From a virus, in the IMG/VR virus record IMGVR_UViG_3300044475_000064, positions 1 to 60,078 of that record: a stretch of 60,078 nucleotides of DNA. One strand, written 5' to 3'. The notes beneath the pieces are model-generated. The model was given only the letters and a program-made list of their open reading frames with translations, did no database searches and was not told the origin of the DNA. Position numbers and translations under genes: made by a program. Every line of letters begins with the position of its first letter. Position 1 is the first letter of the stretch. Of this stretch, positions 8,581 to 16,756 are shown piece by piece.

Positions 8581-9399
8581 GTCATCATCGTTAGGCTTCA
8601 ACGTATTACCAGGAAGTGACCGTAATAGTACCTCAAGCGGATTCTCGGCATCGCCCCTAATCGTCAGTTTGTCATTAAACATGCCCAAGTGACGGGCCAC
8701 ACTAACCAGTGCTTGACCTTGATCCTGAGTCTTTACCTCAAATCCATCCTTAGTCTGTTTCACACCTGCATACAAGGCCTGTGCTTGCGGTGAGAGCTGA
8801 CGTGTATCAGCAAAAAATACATCTAAATTACCCTCACCCCAACATTTCGGGCATTCCTCATGAGGCTGAGCGACTGGGATAAAACCATAGCCACCCTCAT
8901 CAGATGGATATGTTGCTCGATAGTTAGGATCATCCTGCTGTATCGCTTCCTCCTCAGCCGCTACTGCAGCAAACATTTTCTCGTACTCAGCTTCGTCCTT
9001 CCATTGGAATTTATGGTCAATGCCGTGGCAGTGACGGCAGTTCAAACGGCGTACCTGTTGCAGCTCGTTAGGATCTGCGATAGCAATGTTCCATAGGCGC
9101 TCAAGTACCTTATCCGCTGTAATCTGAGTACGAACAGATCGGTTTTCCATCTGCTCCTGAATAGCTTTGTAAACGAGTGGTTTGGTCTCAGGATTAGATA
9201 CCCAACCAAAGGACCGAACACGAGCAACAGACTCAGTATATCCTGCTGCCATAGCCGCACGTCGGGGATTCAGATCGATCAGATACTCTTTGATAAATAC
9301 CTCATCACGTGGAGTCATTTTTTGCTCAATGCTCTCATTTCCCGTATTTTTTTCCTTAGACTCTTGAGTTGATTTTCCTTGTTTTTCCGCTTTAGTCAT
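8575..9399 (-). CDS. terS: Terminase small subunit (Terminase_2-like) with a C-terminal double CxxC extension
   Basis: FIKEYLIDLNPRRAAMAAGYTESVARVRSFGWVSNPETKPLVYKAIQEQ matches the Terminase_2 N-terminal HTH signature. NCRHCHG and CPKCWGEG lie downstream. Start 9399 is preferred (RBS GAGGG) because ATG 9420 sits at the predicted transcription start. Confidence 0.8.
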   Translation of the reverse strand: MTKAEKQGKSTQESKEKNTGNESIEQKMTPRDEVFIKEYLIDLNPRRAAMAAGYTESVARVRSFGWVSNPETKPLVYKAIQEQMENRSVRTQITADKVLERLWNIAIADPNELQQVRRLNCRHCHGIDHKFQWKDEAEYEKMFAAVAAEEEAIQQDDPNYRATYPSDEGGYGFIPVAQPHEECPKCWGEGNLDVFFADTRQLSPQAQALYAGVKQTKDGFEVKTQDQGQALVSVARHLGMFNDKLTIRGDAENPLEVLLRSLPGNTLKPNDDDK

Positions 9400-9426
9400 G
9401 ATTTTTCCCTCGCTTGTCATATTGTC

Positions 9427-9455
9427 ATTGTAGAAATGGGGATTGCAAAATGCAA
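9427..9455 (-). promoter_or_regulatory. Sigma70-like promoter upstream of terS (TTGCAT-17 nt-TACAAT)
   Basis: Read on the minus strand: -35 at 9455-9450 and -10 at 9432-9427, 17-nt spacer. Confidence 0.5.
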
Positions 9456-9497
9456 ATAATCAAGGAAGCTATTAGATTATATTTTGGATATTAGAAT

Positions 9498-9534
9498 AAA
9501 AAAAACCGAGTACAGACGTTGAAACTGTACTCGG
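9498..9534 (-). terminator. Strong rho-independent terminator (minus strand) upstream of the terS promoter
   Basis: 10-bp stem CCGAGTACAG/CTGTACTCGG with a 9-nt loop, followed on the minus strand by T8 (A-run 9498-9505 on plus). A second 7-bp hairpin lies at 9540-9560. Confidence 0.75.
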
Positions 9535-9588
9535 CGAAAGACTGACAACAAGGTCAGTCGGGGATTGGATATATTCTAAATGCTGTAA

Positions 9589-9617
9589 TTGTAAACTGCA
9601 AATAATACTTATAAAAT
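9589..9617 (+). promoter_or_regulatory. Sigma70-like promoter of the solitary gene 9647..10177 (TTGTAA-17 nt-TAAAAT)
   Basis: -35 at 9589-9594 and -10 at 9612-9617, 17-nt spacer. RBS GAGGA lies before ATG 9647. Confidence 0.5.
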
Positions 9618-9646
9618 TAGTAACTCTTTTACACGAGGATTACAAA

Positions 9647-10177
9647 ATGCATCAACCAACTGACATCGTTACACCTGACGATCTTTATAACTTTATCCGT
9701 CAGTCAGCAGTTTCAGAAGAATTAGCAACGGGCATCAAGTTACTACGCCGTGCTGCAGATACAATTGCATGGAATAATTCAGAGCTTTATCGCCTTGAAG
9801 ATAAATTAGAAAGTTTAGACGGCGATAACCAAGGGCAAACCAATTTTGATGAACAATGGCAAGCTGCAGGTGAGAAATTGGCAACTGCACTTGGTAGTCC
9901 AGTAAATTTATCGTTTGATCAGATTCTACAAGCGATCATCGAACTACGAGAGTTCAAGGAACAATATGATGAGCCTTGCGATAGAGCATGTGGATCAGTT
10001 GCAGACGGCAACGCCTACAGTGAAACAGGTAAAGCTGTAGATCCTAATGACTGGGCAAAACAAGTAACTAACTTTGCGCACACGGTTTATGGCTTCTCAC
10101 TAGCTTCTGATTCACCACATAGCGGTTATCTTAGAACTATGGCGAAGGACATCATTAATACATCACCTGTAAAATAG
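9647..10177 (+). CDS. Hypothetical protein (176 aa) in a stand-alone, moron-like cassette
   Basis: ORF with its own promoter and terminator, opposite in orientation to both neighbours. No motif recognised. Confidence 0.7.
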   Translation: MHQPTDIVTPDDLYNFIRQSAVSEELATGIKLLRRAADTIAWNNSELYRLEDKLESLDGDNQGQTNFDEQWQAAGEKLATALGSPVNLSFDQILQAIIELREFKEQYDEPCDRACGSVADGNAYSETGKAVDPNDWAKQVTNFAHTVYGFSLASDSPHSGYLRTMAKDIINTSPVK

Positions 10178-10191
10178 TCCTATATACTAAT

Positions 10192-10236
10192 AAAAATGCC
10201 GCCGTTTCGCATAGTTTGCGTCAGGCGGCATTTTTA
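10192..10236. terminator. Bidirectional rho-independent terminator
   Basis: Stem ATGCCGCC/GGCGGCAT, with an inner CGCA/TGCG pairing, flanked by A5 and T5 runs. It closes both gene 9647..10177 and the minus-strand early operon. Confidence 0.75.
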
Positions 10237-10280
10237 TGGCTTATCTTATGCAGACATAACACTCTTAAATTTAGATTGCC

Positions 10281-10541
10281 TTATCCGCTTCTCCTTGTTC
10301 CTTTCTCAAAATCAATGAGATCGTACTTTCGACCTGTTATCTTCAAACCGTATTCGATATTTCTAAAACCAAGTTCGCTGGAATTATCCCAACGCTTACG
10401 TTCCTCGTTCCAGTACATGAGACAATTACGGCTCGATTCCCATGTGCCACGCTTGTAGTATTTGCAATATCGTTTAGCGCCGTGGACGATCAGCACAAAA
10501 CTTGCACCAATCGCCTGAGCTGCTTCTTGTAGCTTGCTCAT
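10281..10541 (-). CDS. Hypothetical protein (86 aa)
   Basis: Last ORF of the minus early operon. Confidence 0.55.
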   Translation of the reverse strand: MSKLQEAAQAIGASFVLIVHGAKRYCKYYKRGTWESSRNCLMYWNEERKRWDNSSELGFRNIEYGLKITGRKYDLIDFEKGTRRSG

Positions 10542-10543
10542 CC

Positions 10544-10783
10544 CTATAGGATCTCGCCCAATTTGCCCTGCACGTGCTTCAATGCATCGGCATAGCCTTG
10601 GTGATACGCATCTGCACCATCACGCCAAAGATCCATATTCTCAGCGTACTCCCTTTCGAGATCCTGGATCAGTCGCTTCAACTTCTCGACTTTGTGCTTG
10701 TTCACGTCCTTGGCAAAGCTCGGCTTGTGTCCACCACGTTTGGCGTTCTTGAGTTGTTTCGCTAGGTTTTCTGCTGTGTTCAT
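10544..10783 (-). CDS. Hypothetical protein (79 aa), helical and charged
   Basis: ORF 2 nt from the downstream gene. Confidence 0.55.
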   Translation of the reverse strand: MNTAENLAKQLKNAKRGGHKPSFAKDVNKHKVEKLKRLIQDLEREYAENMDLWRDGADAYHQGYADALKHVQGKLGEIL

Positions 10784-10799
10784 TGTCTTTTTTCCTTAT

Positions 10800-11717
10800 T
10801 CATACTGCACCACCAAAAATACAAAGTTGACTTGATACAGGTTGCTGTACATAGAAGTTTGCTGAATTAACAGACTCGATTCTTGCTCGCATAACAGCAG
10901 CTCGCATCTCTTTAGTCGGCGGCATGTAGTTGCCTTTCCATGCTTGGTCAATTCCGATATTTCGTGCAATGTTTGTTGAATCTGCTGATTCAAGAGGAAG
11001 CTTTGAAAAGATTACTGGATTAAGCATTCGCAATCCATGCATTTTGACCAGCGGAAAACCATCCTTATCACAGACGACATTCATCATTTGATTCATGCGA
11101 ATCCACCATTCATTTGTCCCAATATCAGCAAACTCACCAGACGAACCCAGTGCTACACGTGAGTAATCAGTAGCCAAGCGCTCTAAACGGTCCAATGACT
11201 CATGCATGTGATAAACTGGTACAGCAAACTCTTTAGAAACTGGACATTCTGCAAGTAACGCATCGTTATCCGCTTCTGTACCATCAATCACATCGGGAAT
11301 CACAATCCAATCGCAATGCGGATATCGCATACAGTTCAATGCAAAGTTATAAAATTCAGTCCAATCCGTAATAGGCTTGCCTGACTTCCATGCGCTAAAT
11401 GCTCCGTTGTCTACCGCAAAGCTTTGACAAACTTCGATAGCAACTCCAATTTGTTGTTTGTGTGCAAAACTTACAAATGCATGTCCCTGTTTAACCGCTT
11501 CATAAGCTGCCGTTGCAGGTGTAATTGGCAAGCCGTGGTAGTGCTTCATCGCCCTTGTCCCTCGCACCTGGTCATGCTTGCCTTTGCTTTTTCCAGCATC
11601 CAATTCAATCGCAATTTTAAATACATGCGATTGGCTTCTAGTGTTTCTTTCGTCCTGATCCCTTGATTGTATTTGCTTCTCAAGGTTATCATTGTTCTGT
11701 AGTTCACCCTTCACCAT
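10800..11717 (-). CDS. dpdA: DpdA-like tRNA-guanine-transglycosylase-family protein (candidate DNA 7-deazaguanine inserting enzyme)
   Basis: Ordered motifs MKHYHGLPITP, FAVDNGAFSAW, DWIVIPDVIDG, VALGSSGEF, KMHGLRML and LESADSTNIARN are collinear with the DpdA pattern as I recall it (lDSGaFs .. wa.qDw .. GlGS .. lHgfG .. SaDS). The track N-terminus (to 11831) overlaps the upstream gene. Alternative start at 11549. Confidence 0.6.
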   Translation of the reverse strand: MVKGELQNNDNLEKQIQSRDQDERNTRSQSHVFKIAIELDAGKSKGKHDQVRGTRAMKHYHGLPITPATAAYEAVKQGHAFVSFAHKQQIGVAIEVCQSFAVDNGAFSAWKSGKPITDWTEFYNFALNCMRYPHCDWIVIPDVIDGTEADNDALLAECPVSKEFAVPVYHMHESLDRLERLATDYSRVALGSSGEFADIGTNEWWIRMNQMMNVVCDKDGFPLVKMHGLRMLNPVIFSKLPLESADSTNIARNIGIDQAWKGNYMPPTKEMRAAVMRARIESVNSANFYVQQPVSSQLCIFGGAV

Positions 11718-12714
11718 CCTTGGATGCGAGATCCCAACTACACATATACAAATTTTCAAACTGGTCGGCTGACATTGGATTGTTATCGTTTGGCGCAACA
11801 CCAAGCTCATATTCAAGCTGCTCAAGTGCAACCTGATTTGCTGATTTTGGTTGGAAAATCATCTTCACACCATCCAACATGCAAGAAAATGGCAAGCCAT
11901 CTTCACGGCGACCATATACGCGCCCATCTTCAAAACGATCTACAATGCCATATCCTTCAAACTTTCCATCTAGCTCTCCGTGACTGTTTCCATCCTTGAT
12001 CACGTAATTCACAATATCAAAACTGACGTAAACACGAGCACCCTTTTCGATATGCGTCACACCCTCTGCAGCAATCTGAAACATACCCGATCCAGTGTGG
12101 CACATATCTGCAAAAACCTGCTCCAATCCGCTTGCAGTTGTAATCAACTTGGGAAATGATTTGCTCCAACGTTGTTCAGAAAAATGTTTGGTACGGATTC
12201 GATTGAAAACAGGCTGATTTAGTCCAGTCATCACCCTCATTTGATCACGTTTCCATTGTGGCCACTGGCTAACCGTTTCCTCACACTTGTCGAGGTACTG
12301 CAGTAGTGTAGGCGGCTGACCGATTGGCGGTTTCATCATCTCCCCACCGTTGTCGGTGTATCCAAGGCGTTCAAGTTGCCATTTCAATGATGCAATTTGT
12401 TGGTTTTGTGCATTGAAGCGCTCACCTTGTTCTCTAAATTGCTTACTGATTTCACCCCAGCGAGTGATAGCATGGTTCTTTTCATCCCGACACATTTGAG
12501 CTTTTGAATTAGCTTCATCAATTTCTGCCTGACGGTGCTGCCATTGTTCCCATAACTGCTGCTTGATCCATCCTGAATAATTCCCATTTGACATCATCGT
12601 GCATTTATCGTTCGGATGTGTTTTTGCATAATACTGCTCAAATTGTTCACTTGGTTTATTCATTGCCCATATACTCCGCTGCTGTCGTTGTCGCTGTTTC
12701 TGCCGTTTGTTCAT
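11704..12714 (-). CDS. Hypothetical protein (336 aa) with an N-terminal coiled-coil-like region
   Basis: ATGA overlap with the upstream gene. No family recognised. Confidence 0.7.
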   Translation of the reverse strand: MNKRQKQRQRQQRSIWAMNKPSEQFEQYYAKTHPNDKCTMMSNGNYSGWIKQQLWEQWQHRQAEIDEANSKAQMCRDEKNHAITRWGEISKQFREQGERFNAQNQQIASLKWQLERLGYTDNGGEMMKPPIGQPPTLLQYLDKCEETVSQWPQWKRDQMRVMTGLNQPVFNRIRTKHFSEQRWSKSFPKLITTASGLEQVFADMCHTGSGMFQIAAEGVTHIEKGARVYVSFDIVNYVIKDGNSHGELDGKFEGYGIVDRFEDGRVYGRREDGLPFSCMLDGVKMIFQPKSANQVALEQLEYELGVAPNDNNPMSADQFENLYMCSWDLASKDGEG

Positions 12715-13577
12715 TGAGGATCTACCTCAGTCATTTCTACTAATTGCTGAAAGTTTTTAACTTCGCTCGTAAGATCTCGTAATGCACGTTTCAATGCCTG
12801 TTGACACCGCTTCACCTGCCCGTCTTTTGAAAGCATCTGTTTTTGCAGATCCAGTGCTTGACGAATATCCCAAGTGTTCGACCCTGCAGGCAGACCAAGA
12901 CACTCGCAAAGGCCATGTTGCAACTTTTCGAGATCCTGCCTTTCAGTCTCAAGTATTTTTTGCTGACGCTCGGCATGATGGATTATATCTGTCGCACCGA
13001 TCTGTTTTTGAAGTTCCTCAGTGCGGAAATCTAATTTTCTCTGCGCTTGGTCACGGCGCGATAAAGCCATCGCAAGATCATCACCGTACTTTTTAGAGAT
13101 TGCTCTCCCTGTACGGATCTCAATGCCATGCGTGTAAGCTTGCGCTCGTTGTGAGCGATTCACGCCATCAATCACCAGCTTGATCCAAAAGTCTTTCGGT
13201 AGATCATTGGCTATTGGTATCAGTGTTGGGCCCTTCGCCATACGCCAACCGTTCTCGCTGCGGACGATCAATCCGCATCCTTTCGGAATATCATCTTTAG
13301 TGATGAGACCTTGTGGCACAGCAAAGATCACGCCTGATGCGTATTTTAGATAACTTTGCCACTTACCCTTTGTGATGTCTGATCGGAAGTCAGAAACAGA
13401 AATCTTGCACTCATAAGCGAGTGGTTTGAAATTGCTATATGACTTCGGTATAGAAAAAACATCAGGACGTGGTGATCCTGCAGGACCAAGTTGCATATCC
13501 GTCCAAATTATTCGATCTGTGTTCTTACCCAAATGCTCTGCTAAGTCATTTGCTAGTTCATCATGTCCCCATTTCAC
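12711..13577 (-). CDS. PD-(D/E)xK-type nuclease-like protein (MmcB-like N-terminal domain) with a helical C-terminal half
   Basis: SPRPDVFSI..(22 aa)..AYECKISVSDFRSD gives a D..E-x-K arrangement, as in MmcB-family proteins. Confidence 0.5.
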   Translation of the reverse strand: MKWGHDELANDLAEHLGKNTDRIIWTDMQLGPAGSPRPDVFSIPKSYSNFKPLAYECKISVSDFRSDITKGKWQSYLKYASGVIFAVPQGLITKDDIPKGCGLIVRSENGWRMAKGPTLIPIANDLPKDFWIKLVIDGVNRSQRAQAYTHGIEIRTGRAISKKYGDDLAMALSRRDQAQRKLDFRTEELQKQIGATDIIHHAERQQKILETERQDLEKLQHGLCECLGLPAGSNTWDIRQALDLQKQMLSKDGQVKRCQQALKRALRDLTSEVKNFQQLVEMTEVDPQ

Positions 13578-14322
13578 GCCCTTTCTCCTGGTTCTCGTAT
13601 AATTGATTGATCACTTCCGCCTTACGCCTTTCATTTGCTTGGCGTACCGCATCGTGTGTGTTCACATGATCTTTCCATCGCTGCTCGCTGTTGATTCTGA
13701 GCTTATTTGACAGTTCTTTGAGGCGTTCTGACATCACCTGACGACGATTTTCAGCCTCCTGATCATCCTGTAAGCTAGGATGGTTAGGTGCAGGAAGCGC
13801 TGCAAGCTGCTCTGTCATTGATAGCAAACCTACAGACACGGCGTTTTTAACTGCAAGCTCACGCATGTTGGCATCCCAACCTGCCGAGATCTCATAGTGC
13901 GGTAAACGGCTCTCACGCTTCGCCTGATCAACAAAACGCTCGTATGCAGGGATGAATGCCATCCGTGCGCCAATCTTGTCACCACCGTCAAGAATGGGCT
14001 TAGAAACCGCCCATGCCTTTGCCATTTCCTGAGTCCAAACCACTGTAGCGGCTTCATCGGCTGCAGGTAGGGCAAGTGCCCATGCCTCATTAGCACTGAT
14101 CCAACCGCCTGCAGGTGCAAGGAGATCAAGAATAACTTTGAGTGTCAGCTTACCTGTATGCTCACGACGAACACGAGTAAGCGCCTGCAGAACGTCAACA
14201 AGTTGATAACCATTGAGATCATCGACTATTACGAGTGCTACGTTCGGCTTGATCTCACCACCCATAACTTCGGCTGTAGCCATAAGCGCTAAGATTAATT
14301 TTTCTTGTTCGTCAAGAGTCAT
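13561..14322 (-). CDS. Hypothetical protein (253 aa), possible replication accessory or helicase-loader role by position only
   Basis: Coupled directly downstream of the initiator gene. No ATPase motif seen. Confidence 0.6.
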   Translation of the reverse strand: MTLDEQEKLILALMATAEVMGGEIKPNVALVIVDDLNGYQLVDVLQALTRVRREHTGKLTLKVILDLLAPAGGWISANEAWALALPAADEAATVVWTQEMAKAWAVSKPILDGGDKIGARMAFIPAYERFVDQAKRESRLPHYEISAGWDANMRELAVKNAVSVGLLSMTEQLAALPAPNHPSLQDDQEAENRRQVMSERLKELSNKLRINSEQRWKDHVNTHDAVRQANERRKAEVINQLYENQEKGREMGT

Positions 14323-15287
14323 CAGTGATAAGCCTCCTGCCCTCGGTTGCGTAGCATCGCAATCGCTTCATCAGCGGCACTTGCGTTCGCTTGGGTGCTA
14401 TCAATTTGCTGAGCACGTGTCTGAGTCATCGCCCGACCCATTGCCCACTGAGTGCGATAAGATTCAGCGTCTTTGAGCAACAAACCAAGGTCATGCGTTT
14501 TCTGAACAACGAAACGCTCGTTCACCTGGTACACGTAGAACTCAGCAACCAATGCCCCTTCTTCACCAAGTCGCTGAACGATCTGCTTGACCTGTGTGTT
14601 CACCTTGGCATTACGAACAGGATCAAGTCCGTATCTTTCTCGGAATGCAGCCTTGTACATCGCCCAAAGCAATCGGCATTTCGACTGAAAAACGGTTTCA
14701 GATTGATCCACCTGTTTCTCGTTTGACAACACTGCAGGTACAGATTCGTCAACGTCGCACGATGCGGATTTATCCGCTTCGTCAATTTGTTGAATATCAG
14801 TCTTTGTTTCTTCTTTCATTCCTTGTTGATATTCATTCTTTATTAGTGGGGGATTTACCGTCAGCGGTTCATCCGTGGACGGTTCATCCGTCGACGGATT
14901 ATCCGTCTGCGGTGGCTTGTCCGTGACCGTGTTTTCCGTTTGCGGCTCTTTGCCTTGTTCTTCGTGCTTAATTGGTAACTCATGCACAACGTAATCCATA
15001 CCGTTGAACGTACCACCTTCCTGTCTGCGCACGTCAGCTTTCATGTAACCAGCATCAGTCAGCTCCTTGATAATCCCACGAACGGCATCACGTCCTGACG
15101 GTTTTTGGCTATCCTCTGTTTGCTTGATTAGGTGTGCAACAGACACCTCCCAATTATCAGGCTTACCGAGTAGGAAAATGAGCATTCCACGAGCTGCCCA
15201 GGATAATCCTGTATCCTCAGACAGATCCTTATTGACCGTATAAAATCGTGTGTCGGGGCGTGGGCCACGTCTAATGCTCATAAGCAA
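14322..15287 (-). CDS. Replication initiator / replisome organiser (N-terminal winged-HTH)
   Basis: N-terminal DTGLSWAARGMLIFLLGKPDNWEVSVAHLIKQ..GRDAVRGIIKELTDAGYM resembles DnaD/phage-O-type wHTH. The central linker is encoded by iteron repeats, a lambda-O-like arrangement. Confidence 0.55.
   Translation of the reverse strand: MLMSIRRGPRPDTRFYTVNKDLSEDTGLSWAARGMLIFLLGKPDNWEVSVAHLIKQTEDSQKPSGRDAVRGIIKELTDAGYMKADVRRQEGGTFNGMDYVVHELPIKHEEQGKEPQTENTVTDKPPQTDNPSTDEPSTDEPLTVNPPLIKNEYQQGMKEETKTDIQQIDEADKSASCDVDESVPAVLSNEKQVDQSETVFQSKCRLLWAMYKAAFRERYGLDPVRNAKVNTQVKQIVQRLGEEGALVAEFYVYQVNERFVVQKTHDLGLLLKDAESYRTQWAMGRAMTQTRAQQIDSTQANASAADEAIAMLRNRGQEAYH
14850..14942. repeat. Array of six roughly 15-bp iteron-like direct repeats (putative origin of replication) inside the initiator gene
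   Basis: GGGATTTACCGTCAG / CGGTTCATCCGTGGA / CGGTTCATCCGTCGA / CGGATTATCCGTCTG / CGGTGGCTTGTCCGTGAC / CGTGTTTTCCGTTTG. GACGGATTATCCGTC is a perfect 7+1+7 palindrome. A related palindrome GCGGATTTATCCGC lies at 14764-14777 and an AT-rich stretch at 14778-14849. Confidence 0.6.
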
Positions 15288-15583
15288 GCCCCTTGCTCAG
15301 CTTCACGCTTCACAAACTGTATGTCCTCATCTTCAAGTGGACTAAGGAATTTTTCGGAAGTGACACCACCAATTGAATAACCAATTTCACCCGTATCTGT
15401 ATTGATCACCTTCAAAGGCTCATTGTGGTAGACTCGCACATTCCACCCATCATCAAACTTTTGACCGTAGTACGAGTCACTGACTGGTCCATAAAAATCC
15501 TCGACGATGACCACGCGCCCTAAGTTCTCTGAAAACTCATCGTTAATGATCAATGCCAACATGCCAGGTTGCAACCGTTTCAT
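15278..15583 (-). CDS. Hypothetical protein (101 aa)
   Basis: ORF in the operon, overlapping the downstream gene by 10 nt. Confidence 0.6.
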   Translation of the reverse strand: MKRLQPGMLALIINDEFSENLGRVVIVEDFYGPVSDSYYGQKFDDGWNVRVYHNEPLKVINTDTGEIGYSIGGVTSEKFLSPLEDEDIQFVKREAEQGACL

Positions 15584-15622
15584 AATATCCCCTTGATTTA
15601 CTTATTTTTAAAATAGAGTATG

Positions 15623-16711
15623 TTACTCACAAAGCCCATAAATTGATGAGCATGAAAAATTCCCTTCATCAATCGCAGTGATCAGATCAAATTGCTTACC
15701 ACCGCGTGAGGTTTTTGACCAAGCTACATGGTCATATACTCCGTGGCCACGTTGTTCGTCTGATGTAAAAAATGTTGCTGATTGCCTTCTTGAAACGATA
15801 GAGACAAGTCTCTCCCATTCAGCAATCCGTGTAATTTCATCAGGAAATCTCTTAGCAATCTCAGATAATTCCGCCTTGCGTGCATGGATGCATGGCATAC
15901 ACCCAACACGACCCATTCCCATCTTGTAAAGCGGATTAGGATCAATGCCGTGTTTTTTATGCATATCAAAGCAATCTTGAGCTGTCCAACTTAGGATTGG
16001 GCGATAGTTGATTAGACCTGATCCACCAAGATCCTCAATCTCAGTCAATTTTGACCGAGATTCAGATTCATCTGCGCGAACTCCCTGCCATGACCAAACC
16101 TCGTCATGCAGATCCAAAAGCGGCATGATTACCTGGAATTGAATAGGTACACGCTTTAATTCCTGAGAGCAGAACCGTGCTTTAGTTGATGGAAAACGTC
16201 CTTTCCAAAGACATAGATCAAGGAATGGATTTCCTGTCGGAACAAGGAGATCAGACGCTCGCTGAACAATTTGATCAGCAATTTCAGGCTCAATAGGTTT
16301 ACGCGCTGGAGTCCATACCCATTTACCACCGTCTGTCTCAATAGCCGCACTCTGATAGATTTCGGATGGTCTTGCAGGCTCACTGACAGGCTTTAACGCT
16401 TCATCAACATCAGTATCTTTCTTCCAATTCCACTCACCATCAAAGCCATTGACAAAATAGTCAAACCATGTGGTGAGTACATTGTTACGCTTACGCTCTA
16501 TCTCTACAGAAAAATTAGCACGCACCCACTGAATGTTAATTTTCAGCTTGTCTGCTAAATAGCGCACATAGTCATAAGTCATTTGATGCTCATTACCCGT
16601 ATCAGCAAAAACAGCGTCAAACTCAACACCACGCTCTATGGCGAGCAGTAGCATCGCTGTTGAGTCCTTTCCGCCTGACAGGGAAATCACATTCTTTTTT
16701 GTATTATCCAT
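15623..16711 (-). CDS. PAPS-reductase-family (PP-loop ATP pyrophosphatase) protein with a large internal insertion
   Basis: VISLSGGKDSTAMLLLA (SGGxDS PP-loop), VFADTGNEH, FCSQELKRVP and C-terminal GCMPCIH match the PAPS reductase/DndC-like family pattern. About 100 extra residues lie between the N- and C-terminal blocks. Confidence 0.7.
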   Translation of the reverse strand: MDNTKKNVISLSGGKDSTAMLLLAIERGVEFDAVFADTGNEHQMTYDYVRYLADKLKINIQWVRANFSVEIERKRNNVLTTWFDYFVNGFDGEWNWKKDTDVDEALKPVSEPARPSEIYQSAAIETDGGKWVWTPARKPIEPEIADQIVQRASDLLVPTGNPFLDLCLWKGRFPSTKARFCSQELKRVPIQFQVIMPLLDLHDEVWSWQGVRADESESRSKLTEIEDLGGSGLINYRPILSWTAQDCFDMHKKHGIDPNPLYKMGMGRVGCMPCIHARKAELSEIAKRFPDEITRIAEWERLVSIVSRRQSATFFTSDEQRGHGVYDHVAWSKTSRGGKQFDLITAIDEGNFSCSSIYGLCE

Positions 16712-16756
16712 AGCTTATACCTTGATTAGTTCATTGCAATTTTGATTTTAAAAATA

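Noticed and set aside
10800-11831. Track-predicted 343-aa version of the DpdA-like ORF, and the 17598 start of the HTH regulator
   Set aside because: The N-terminal extensions overlap the upstream gene or the promoter region and translate to implausible sequence. Internal starts (11717 or 11549, and 17532) fit the gene packing and RBS signals.
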